From contig NW_026262581.1 in NCBI RefSeq assembly GCF_021869535.1, forward strand, positions 114,700,001 through 114,764,000: a stretch of 64,000 nt of DNA. Direction: 5' to 3'. Below the pieces are notes generated by a model. The model did not search any database, was not told where the DNA came from, and saw only the letters and a list, made by a program, of their open reading frames with translations. Positions 13,699 through 24,500 of the stretch are shown piece by piece (within the stretch, counting starts at the first letter, position 1; every line of letters starts with the position of its first letter). The position numbers and the translations under genes were made by a program. This DNA comes from Mytilus californianus (Eukaryota).

Positions 13699-14116
13699 TA
13701 TATTTTAAAATATATATACATTTACAACACTGCATATATTTATATGCTTCTTTTAGAGTAAGAAATACATTTCGCCTAAATTTTCAAAATTACTGTTTCT
13801 AATTTGTTTGTTTTTTATCAAATCAAATCCATTCAATTCAAATTTTAGATTAAAAGCTAGAGCCTTAGTTTAAATTGGAAATTGTTCAGATCATTAAAAG
13901 CTACAATAAAGTCTTATGGGCAAAACTTTCAAATTTTGCTTCTCTTAAAATACCCAAATTTGCAGATTTTCGCATATTTTTGCTTATTTATTGAAAACTA
14001 AAAGCCCCAGGTTTGCTTGTACATTTTTTTTATTTTATAATATACACAAGGTCAGTAACTCGACAAATCAAGAATATGGTCTTCGTTTTCTCGTTGTATT
14101 TTATTTATGTATAATT

Positions 14117-14620
14117 AAATTGAGAATGGAAATGGGGAATGTGTCAAAGAGACAACAACCCGACCAAAGAGCAGAAAACAACTGAAGGCCACCAATGTGT
14201 CTTCAATACAGCGAGAAAATCCCGCACCCGGAGGAGTGCTTCATCTGGCCCCTAAACAAAAATGTATACTAGTTCAGTGATAATGGACGTCATTCTAAAC
14301 TCCGAAATATATAAAAGAAACTTAGATTAAAAATTACACAAGACTAGCAAAGGGCAGAGGCTCCTGAATTGGGACAGGCGCAAAAATGCGGCGGGGTTAA
14401 ACGATGTTTTGTGAGTTCTCAACCCTCCTCCTATACCTTTAGCCAATGTAGAAAAAACAAACACACAGCAATACGCATAGTAAAACACATTTTAAAAGAA
14501 GTCCGAGTCTGATGTCAGAATAGGTAACAAAAGAAACTAAACAAAATGACAATGATACATAAACTAACAAAGGAATACTAGCAGTTACTGACATGCCAGC
14601 TCCAGACCTCAATTAAATTG
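14117..14620 (-). mobile_element. 3' non-coding end of a Naiad-type Penelope-like element
   Basis: Reverse complement of ~19058-19563, which directly follows the RT C-terminal ORF remnant at 18628-18921. Confidence 0.7.
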
Positions 14621-16315
14621 TCTAGATCAACATCTTAAAATTTTCAAAGGTATATTCCATTTTCTTTAAAACGAGCCATAAACCGACATTTTACATGTAA
14701 TAATAAAAAAGTTATACAATGAAACATCTCATAATTTGAACCTATTTACCGAGGTCGGATAACTATCGGTCAGCGCCGGCTAACACCACTAGGGGATTAA
14801 TCGAACATTCTTCATTTCGCGCGCTTCTGATGGATGCCAAACCTTGAAAGATATTAAACAGGCTTATTTTTTATTTGCGCTAACAGTTTGATCCGCTTAC
14901 TTGATATGTCAATTTCTGTTTACATTGATTGATGTTTGCTTAACGTTCAGTCGCAAATATTTCATGCATAATCAGGACGAAAAGAAGAAAGCGACAGACC
15001 AGGGAAGCCGATCGAACTGCCGGCGCAAAAATGTAATGTCGTTTAAGTTTTGTATCAATCTGTAGCTGACGCGAAAATGCGTAGAACTGTCGATTTTCAA
15101 TATAGGTCCCAGACACGCTTGAAATAGTATATATATCTGTAATATACACGAGGTCGGACAACTATCGGGGAGCGTTTGCTAACCCACTGGAGGATCAATC
15201 GACAGTTACAGTAACTCCTAACGACAAAACCATTATATTTATATTTTCCTGTGTACATTTTTGTATTACAATAACGCCAATTTGTCCCAGGAAAGAGTTG
15301 TCTTATTAATTCTCTTACTACATCTCATTTATTACGACCTCGTGTATATTAAAGATATATATACTAGTTCAAGCGGGCCTAAGACATTTAAAACTTAATG
15401 TTAAATAAAGGTTAAAATGGACTTTGTTAGTTTTCTTTTGCCCCTGTATAGATGGCATTTCTGTAAACCGGGAACCTTAATCTGTTACCTGGACGACTAA
15501 GATAATTGTAAACATGAAATATTTTGGAATAATAATAATAAAAAAAAGGCTCTAGCTTTTCAAAATATTGTCAAAATTATAAAAAATTGAGAAAAATTGC
15601 AAATAAAGGGCCATAGCTCTGAAACGAATTTTCCGATCAACCTGAACTTAAATTTCGGCAGAGGCAGATCATAATGTACTGATCAATTTAATTCTCTGCT
15701 AGAATTTGATATCTGTATAAGTTTTTGAGTTATTTACAAAAAGGTGCCATAACCCCATCTTACCTATATAATGATATCGAGATAACGACATAATTATATC
15801 GAGAAAACGATATAATTATATCGAGATAACGAAATAAATATATGGAGATAACGATATAATTATATCGATATAACGATATAAATATCGAGATAACGATATA
15901 ATTATATCGAGATAACGATATAAATATCGAGATAACGATATAATTATATCGAGATAACGAAATAAATATATCGAGATAACGATATAATTATATCGAGATA
16001 ACGATATAATTATATCGAGACAACGAAATACATATATCGATATAACGATATAAATATCGAGATAACGATATAAATATATCGTGATAACGATTTAATTATA
16101 TCGAAATAACGATATATATATATATTGAGATAACGATAAATTATTTTTTTGTAGGTCCCCTATGGGCTTCCGTAAGTTTTGGGTAAATATTGGTGAAAAC
16201 GTTTCCGTCTGGAAAAATGGAGAAAATCCTCACTTCCATATAAGTAACAAGCTTTAATATAAGTTTTAAGAAACAACTGGTAGGAGTTCATTGGAAATCA
16301 ATATATAGGTATAAT

Positions 16316-17470
16316 AAACTGTTATCACAGAGATATGTCTCGCCTTTTTGTAATTTTGATAATGCAAATGTTGAAATTAAAATAGCAATACTTTAACATG
16401 TAAGTTATGCAAATATTCAAAGTCGATGAACCATGACTGAAGGTACATGGCTAAACAATCTCCATGGAATGAGATGTGCCAATGCTAATACAACTGCATA
16501 CCAAATACCACTGACTTATTATAAGTTGTTCCCTTTAAACAAACCTAAACACAAACATTAACTTGTAAACTATGTAAAAGTTTCAAAGTCAATGAATCAT
16601 GATCAGGGGTGGGGCTATATAATCTCCATCGAAACGATATTTGCAAATGCCAATACATTTGCATACCAAATATCATTGACTTAACATTAGCAGTTCATCT
16701 TAAAATGATCTAATCACAAACTAATACATGTAAACTAAGCAAAAGTTTCAAAGTCAATAGACCATGACTGAGGGGGCGGGGCCAAATATTCTCCATGGAA
16801 ATGAGATGTGCTAATGCTTATACAACTGAACACAAATTAACATTGGCCTACCACTAATGGTTCCCCTTGAACTGACCTAATCACAAACTAATACATGTTA
16901 ACTTAGCAAAATTTTCAAAGTCAATAGACCTTGACTGAGGGGGCGGGGCCAAATAATCTCCATGGTAATGAGATGTGCCAATGCTTATACAACTGCATAC
17001 CAAATATCATTGACCTACCACTAGTGGTTCCCCATAAATTGACCTAATCACAAACTAATACATATTAACTATGAAAAGTTTCAAAGTCAATAGACCTTGA
17101 CTGAGGGGGCGGGGCCAAATAATCTCCATGGTAATGAGATGTGCCAATGCTAATACAACTGCATACCAAATATCATTGACCTACCACTAGTGGTTCCCCA
17201 TAAATTGACCTAATCACAAACTAATGCATGTAAACTATGAAAAGTTTCAAAGTCAATAGACCTTGACTGACGGGGCGGGGCCAAATAATCTCCATGGTAA
17301 TGAGATGTGCCAATGCTAATACAACTGCATACCAAATATCATTGACCTACCACTAGTGGATCACCATAAACTAGACCTAATCACAAACTAATACATTGTT
17401 GACGCCGTCGCCGACGCCGGAAACAGCATACCTATGTCTCGCTTTTTGACTCCGTCAAGGCGAGACAATA
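16316..17470 (+). mobile_element. HINE/pearl-like element with about 6 internal ~160 bp repeats
   Basis: 5' AAACTGTTATCACAGAGATATGTCTCGCC; repeats (AAAGTTTCAAAGTCAATAGACC...AATCTCCATGG...GACCTAATCACAAAC); GACGCC microsatellite; 3' hairpin TGTCTCGC...GGCGAGACA. A same-family copy in the opposite orientation lies at 37997-38982. Confidence 0.8.
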
Positions 17471-18047
17471 TAAGTAAGCAAGTAAGCAAGTAATTTTATT
17501 GAAATAAAGTCCAAACATTGAACTATGATCAATTATGAAATGAACATATTCTTGTGCTTATAAAATGGAACAAAATATAAAAACAACATTACATTGAACA
17601 GCACAATTATAATCACTGATACCACGATCGAGTTGATTAGAGATATATGTGCAATCCGTCTGTGGTGTTTCAAAGAGATCTGGGTTGAAAACAGTAGGAA
17701 GAGTTTATAAGAAGCAATTATATTTGATACCCACTTTTCCCTGATCGTCTGCCTAACTTCACCATACAATATAAAAATAAGATGATGTGGCATGATTACC
17801 AATAAGACCACTTTCCTCCAGAGACCAAATTAAGTAGAAGTAAGCAATTATAGGTCACCCCTTCAGCAATGAGCAAAACCCATATCGCATAGCCGGTTTT
17901 GAACTTCTTGCAACCTGACCAAAACTGTATACCTTTAAATTTGTTATGCAGTGAAAGGTGTGATTAATGCATGGTTGATAAAAAGATATTTATAGAATAA
18001 TAGACACTGTGTTTAATTTTTCTGTTACAACATAGCCCATTACTTAC

Positions 18048-18301
18048 TGCAATAATATTCTAAAGACACTGTGTTCGATGTCTGGAAGAGCTATTTCTTG
18101 ACCTTTTTCTGCAAGAGGACCGTTAAACATTGCAAAGAATACACAGCTTCTGCTGATCAATATGTGTTTATGCGCTGAAATTCTGGTCTTCTCCTCACCA
18201 ACCAAAAACGTGACGTCACATCCAATGTTGTTTTCTAACATATATCTATTACATTCCACCAAAGATCGGGATGACTGCCAATCTTCTTCAGGAGAAGCCA
18301 T
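18048..18301 (-). CDS. BTBD3/6: BTB/POZ-BACK-PHR protein, first coding exon (N-terminal half of BTB)
   Basis: MASPEEDWQSSRSLVECNRYMLENNIGCDVTFLVGEEKTRISAHKHILISRSCVFFAMFNG is a typical BTBD1/2/3/6-family N-terminus. Donor CA|GTAAGT at 18048/18047. An upstream acceptor TCTTTACAG|G at 18316/18315 implies a further non-coding 5' exon. Confidence 0.92.
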
Positions 18302-18484
18302 CTTGAATTTAAATCCTGTAAAGACAATATTCGAAAGTCACTATGTTTACCTTCTCTAACATCGGACTTAGTTTATTCCACATTGGCTAGAGGTATTGGG
18401 GGATGATTGAGATCTTTCAAAACAGGGGCTCGAGAATCTTAATTTAGAACGTAATATGCTCTAAACCCAATGGAAACATTAGGA

Positions 18485-19671
18485 TTTAAATTGCTTCGCC
18501 GAGCGCAGCTGGATACGACCATAGAGGTCCAACCCTGAACAGTTGGGGCAAAAATGGACACAACATTCGCGCTTGATACAGGTCTGAATTTGGATTGTAA
18601 TTAAATATTTGACACATAATAGGTTTCGATATCATAAACTAGTCAAAACATTTACTAAATTTTATCATCGGTATTAACATCATTCGTAAATATAACTCAA
18701 CATGCAGACATCTTATACGTTTGGGTATTTCACATCCAATCTTTTATGGTAATATTCTTTACAAAGCACAAAAATGTCAGTATTCACCTCAAAAGCTAAC
18801 AAAACCTTTAAACAGACTTATTAAGAAGGGATATAGTTACGATACTGTTGTCAGGTCATTAAAGATTGCATATTTTGGCGTTAATATTGATTCACTTATA
18901 GGGTCTTTGCATCGGAATTAACACATTTATTCTAAAACCAGTTGTTGGCATGACACGGGTTATGTTCTTCTCATATATTTCATGACGTTATAATACTAAA
19001 CCCCTAACAGGAGGGATTGTGCCTGATATTCATATGATGAAGACATAATCTTTCAATCAGTTTAATTGAGGTCTGGAGCTGGCATGTCAGTAACTGCTAG
19101 TAGTCTGTTGTTATTTATGTATTATTGTCATTTTGTTTATTTTCTTTTGTTTCCTATTCTGACATCGGACTCGGACTTCTCTTATACTAAGTTTTACTGT
19201 GCGTACTGTTGTGCGTTTGTTTTTTCTACATTGGGTAGAGGTATAGGGGGAGGGTTGAGATCTCAAAAAACATGTTTAACCCCGCCGCATTTTTGCGCCT
19301 GTCCCAAGTCAGGAGCCTCTGGCCTTTGTTAGTCTTGTATCATTTTTAATTTTAGTTTCCTGTGTATAATTTGGAGTTTAGTATGACGTCCATTATCACT
19401 GAATTAGTATACTTATTTGTTTAGGGGCCAGCTGAAGGACGCCTCCGGGTGCGGGAGTTTCTCGCTGCATTGAAGACCCATTGGTGGCCTTCGGCTGTTG
19501 TCTGCTCTATGGTCGGGTTGTTGTCTCTTTGACACATTCCCCATTTCCATTCTCAAATTTATTCTGACACAGAATAACTGTAGTCAAAGAACTTAGATTT
19601 GGTTATATGATTTGAATTTATATTCAATTTTTTGCTTTTATGCAATACACTATACTATTGCGAATTGACCT

Positions 19672-19705
<34 letters not shown>

Positions 19706-20590
19706 TTCCCCCTTTTTTTTTGCTATCGTGCAATACACTATGCTGTTGCGAATTGACCCAGCACCCCCCCCCCCCCAAAAAAAAAACAACAAAAAAATCC
19801 CCCCTCCCTTTTTTTTTGGCAAAAAAAAATTATATTTGAAGAAATTTTCTTTTTAATTTCTGAAATCTGAAATCAGAAAAAAAAAATTGTCCCCCCCCCC
19901 CTTTTTATCACCTCCCCCTCCCCTTTTTCCCTCAATATATGGTCATTATCTCAATTCAAATTTCCAATAGAGTTTGCAATCATAATTACCCATTTAAATA
20001 CATTATAAAAGTCTTAAAATAGAAAATGACATACTAGTACATAGTCATGTCTAAAATTAATATTTCTTAATCAGCATTTTTAATAGTAACTTCTAAAAAT
20101 AAATTGACAGCTAATCACCTTAAGACAATACAACTTACTAGATACACATAATTTAAAAGCAGTGTAAGGGGGGTAATCCAAACTTAACATTGTACTTAAA
20201 AGTAATTGTCTATTAACAAGGAAACCCTTGTTTTCCCCCTTTTTTGCCCCTAATTCCTAAGCGGTTTGAGCCATTACCCCCCAAAGCCAATCCTAACCAT
20301 CCCTATGTGGTATGGAAACTTGTGGTATAACTTCAGAGAGATCCATACACCGTTCACAAGTTATTGTCTGGGAACTAGAAAAATGTTTATTTGGGCCCCT
20401 TTTTGGTCCCTAATCCCTAAATTGTTACGACCATAACCCCCAAAATCAATCCCAACCTTCCTTTTGTGGTTATAAACTTTGTGTTTAAATTTCAAAGATT
20501 TCTATTTACTTATACTAAAGTTATTGTCCGGAAACAAAATGTCTTCGGACGACGACGACGACGACGTGATACCAATAAACGACCGCAAAA
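18485..20590 (+). mobile_element. HINE/pearl-like element, interrupted by a Naiad fragment
   Basis: 5' GCTTCGCCGAGCGCAGCTGGATACGACC; 3' (GAC)n followed by hairpin CGACCGCAAAATTTTTTGCGGTCG and TATAAAAA. The uninterrupted sister copy (minus, ~39406-39800) joins AATAGGTTTC to TGACACAGA, which defines the insertion point. Confidence 0.7.
18628..19563 (+). mobile_element. 5'-truncated Penelope-like retroelement (Naiad-type): RT C-terminus plus 3' end
   Basis: FRYHKLVKTFTKFYHRY..[frameshift]..IIRKYNSTCRHLIRLGISHPIFYGNILYKAQKCQYSPQKLTKPLNRLIKKGYSYDTVVRSLKIAYFG resembles the C-terminus of the abundant bivalve PLE RT family. The clade assignment is from recalled family motifs, not a search. Confidence 0.65.
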
Positions 20591-21544
20591 TTTTTTGCGG
20601 TCGTATAAAAACAACTCGGGAATCTTAATTTAGAATGTACTATGCTCTATATCCAATGAAAACACCCCTGTATTAAAGCCAGTCTGGTAGTATTGGTATC
20701 ATACAGATACATCTGTTGTCTGTTTATGACATAAGCTTGGTATATCTGTTTGGTTTACTTTTCTTTGAATAATTACTGGATATTGCTGGATTATGATTAT
20801 TATTTCCAGTTCCAATTCATTTGTCTTACCAATTTCTTTTTCAAATTCATTAATTCAAGATTGTGGCATATCAGGGGGTGTGTAATTAATAAAGCATATC
20901 AAAATGGATTTGGAGTTTTTAAAATATATCTGAAGCCATGTGTATTCTAGCGAACTTATTTCCAAGATTTTTCTTCTTTTGTTATAAACATGATAAAAGG
21001 AGCTAGAAACATGCAATTACATCCCTCCATTTTTGTCACTTGTTTTCTTTACCTTTTTTACTTTTACTATTATTCTTTTGAATTTTCGTTACTCTGACAA
21101 ACTCCCATTGATTTGTTTTTATTGCCATTTAGGGATATAATATCCAATTTAAAAAAAAGTAAAATATTTTCGTTTTTTTTTTCAAAGCATTGCATGGATT
21201 GACATGGACAATAGAGAGACAATAAATATATGTACAACAATGGTAATTTTCCATAAATTTACTTAAGGAATGACTGTAATATTTTTCTGTCTATGCAGAA
21301 ATAACATCAAAAAATGTGGTGCACACTGAATAACCCGCGTAGCAGGTTATTTAAAAGTGTGCACCACATTTTTAAAATTATTTCGAATAGACAGGGACAA
21401 AATTTCGGTCATTCCTTATAATTTAATTCTAAATTCCATTTTTAAGGAGCAAATCATGAAAAAACGTTGAAGGCGTTACGGTCACATGACAAAATTATGT
21501 CTATGAGCTTATAGACAAAAAACTTTCGCCAATCTGTATCCAAT

Positions 21545-24500
21545 GAATTTCTGCCAATATAGGCACACCTCCGTATTTGGAGTAAAACAATAAAATAGTT
21601 CCACCACCACAATAGACTATGAATATTCTTCCACCAATATATTTACACTTCAAACAATATGTACACTGTTCACGTTTTCAGATAAAATACTTGTTTATGT
21701 AATAAGTAAGAATTGTCTGTTTACTATTTAAATAAAAATTTTGTTTAAATGCGACCTATCTATTTAAAGTTTATTTTCCTCCAACTGCTAAACATGTCCA
21801 TTTTTGCAAGCATTTCATATCTCTTATTGTGCAAGTTATACATTAGTTGTCTACAGAGAGGTTCTATTTTACTGCTGATATCAATTTGTAAATCATCACT
21901 GTTAGCATAGCGGAATGCGTTAATAATTAGTTGTAAAATGTCTAGCTGTGCATTAGTATATTGCAAAGCAGGAAGCTCACTACATTTACAAATAATGTTT
22001 TTCAGTACGGAAGTTCGAATTTGGTCTAGGGCTTTACAACACAGCAGAAAGTGTGTTAATGTTTCTTCAGCCTGGTCACATATTTTACATGTTGTATCTA
22101 CGTTGTTTGGATTGTAAGCTGCTCTATATTTGTCTGTAGAATGTAAGTTCCAGTTGCAATTTTTACTCTAATTGGAATTCTGTTGATATCTCTTTGGTTA
22201 GCACTATTCGCTATGGCTAAAGGATGAATTTTCCCAGTTTTATATGATAATGATGATATATAATTCATGCTGGAATAATACATTATTTCTTCATTTATTC
22301 TTGATGTCCAGTATTTATGTACTGCTGTTGTAATCATTTTCTTCCATTTTCCTTTTGACAGATCATTACAAAGTAACGATATTGGGTTTTCTAAATCATA
22401 TTTGATACATATCTTTTTCATATCTATAAACCAACTGTTGCTATCCAGGCTCTTAATCTGTAGTTGTCTTTCTGCTAGCCTCCACTCCGTTGAGTTTTTA
22501 TTTGCTCTTGTAATGTTTCTAAACATTGTCAGGATTTTCAGATGTATTTCTGCTTCAATAGGTAGTAAGCCTGGTATTACGTACACAGCAGGGTCAGCAA
22601 CATTAATATTCAAAGAAAGAATTTGTTTTCGTAGCTTTTAGTGTTGAAATTGTAAATTATCCAGTATTTTGCCTTTTGGTAACACAATTTCAAGTCTGTA
22701 GGTCAGTATTGGTAGAATATAAGTTCTCAACAGTGCAATTGAAGTTTCTGGATCAAGTCCTTTCTCCCCGTGTAGATCAGTACCCATTAAGCTGTAGATA
22801 GCTCGTCTTGTTTTTTTTCAAGTTTTCTTCAACAGTTGATTGTGCAGAATTGATTTGGGATCTCGTTATTCCAATATGTGTAGCTTTGTCCAATACTGGC
22901 ATTACAGTATCGTTCAATTTCAAAAATCCTAAATTAGTTTCTATAGTTTTGGCCTTGCTTTTTACAGGTAAAATGAAGCCTTCGGAAGGTTGTAGCTGGT
23001 ATCCTTCCCGCTTACTGAAATCTACGGCAATGTCTACCATTGTTTGTATATCTAATGAGTTACAAGCAAGTAATGCAACATCGTCTGCGCAGGTTGGGGC
23101 ACAACAATTAATGTTTCGAATTTTTCCACCTAGTCCCGAGTCACATAGAAAATTCAAAAGAGGGTTTATATATAATTTATAGAAGTCGGCACTTAGAGTT
23201 CCTCCTTGCCGAACACCTTGTTCTATTTTAAAGTTTTCTTCTGAAAAGCAATTGTCCCATTTGACATGTGAAACAGCATTTTGATTAAGATTGTCAATCA
23301 TTAGTATTGATTTATTTGAAAAGTCGTATTGATGAAGTCTTTTAATCAAGTTTGCGTGAACCACAACATCGAAGGCTGATTTTGCATCTAATTAATAGTT
23401 CTATAAGATCTTTATTCTCTCTTTCAAATTCTTCTACTATAAGTTCACAAAGTAACGGTGATGAACTTTCTGTGAATCCTCTTTGTAATGGATTTTGACA
23501 TAAGTTATTTTACAGTGCTCTCTCATTTTCAGTATCTTCTCAATCACCTTTGAAAATGTTGGTGTTACAGTAATACCTCTGTAGTTTTTGGCATTTTTAC
23601 AGCCACTTTTATTTTTAAATACCGGAAAGAAAAGAGTGTTCCAATTTTGAGTGAATCAGGAATAAAATGCATTTGAAAAGATTTGTTGATTAAGGCTTGT
23701 AAATATGTTGTCAAATTGTCACCACCATAGATAATATTTTTAGCTGTAATGCCATAGAAATCTGCTGCCTTGTTGCGATTCAAACTGTTGGTAGCTTTCA
23801 ATATTTCGTCCTGTGTTACAGCAACATGTATAAATTGAACACTGCAGAGTTCAATGATGTTTTTATATTCATTTTCTGTAATCTTTAGACAGTTCGTACC
23901 AAAGTTATCATTAAGAGTGTTTTCTGCTAATTTACCAAAATGTTTCTTCCAATCTTCCATTATTTGATCCGGAGTGTTATAAATTTTGTCTCCTACATTT
24001 AGCTCATCAATTCGTCTTGATAGTTTTCCTCGTTGCTGGTTAATAAGTTTATAGAAGAGAGTTTTGTTTGAAGATCTTGCCTCTATGATTTCTTGTCTGT
24101 CCTGTATTCGTCTTTGTGCAGCTTCTATATTCTACAATGTTTTCTTAATTCCTGTGTTGTTACTTTCTTTTCAAATAGAAAAGGATCTAAACTATCAGTT
24201 GGACGTCCATTTGCTTTCCAGTTGTAAAAAGATATTTTCTCATTCCTAACATGCCTAATAGCTTTCAATATTTCATCGGACATCACTTGCAATTTTGGTT
24301 TATTCTTTCGGATTTCAGTTTTTGTGCGATCATATTGGTGGCTTTAGTTATTACAGTAGTTATCTCATGAAAACCTTTTTCGATATCGTCATTTGTTTTT
24401 ATATCTTGCAGTGAGGTAAGAAGTCCTTCATTAATTATCTCAGTGTACTTGGACAAGTCTGCTTTATCCCATTTAACTTTCCCTTTAGGCTGAAATTCTG

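Larger units (their letters stand above)
12273..16172. mobile_element. 3.9 kb foldback-type DNA element with ~750-900 bp inverted arms and a TA flank at each end
   Basis: TA|CGGAAGCCCATAGGGGACCTACAAAAAAATAAT at 12271 is the reverse complement of ATTATTTTTTTGTAGGTCCCCTATGGGCTTCCG|TA ending at 16174. Both arms carry an array of ~21-23 bp GATATAATTATATCGAGATAAC repeats (12310-12640 and 15775-16140). Inverted similarity continues inward to ~13200 and ~15395. No transposase ORF seen. Confidence 0.85.

Noticed and set aside
18628-19563. Selenocysteine recoding or a SECIS in the Naiad-type fragments (reported for some clam Naiads)
   Set aside because: No pattern of in-frame TGA at Cys positions and no recognisable SECIS in these short decayed pieces.
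19660-19930. Long C, A and T homopolymer runs as a G-quadruplex or regulatory element
   Set aside because: They lie inside a HINE where such runs expand readily, and homopolymer lengths are unreliable in assemblies.
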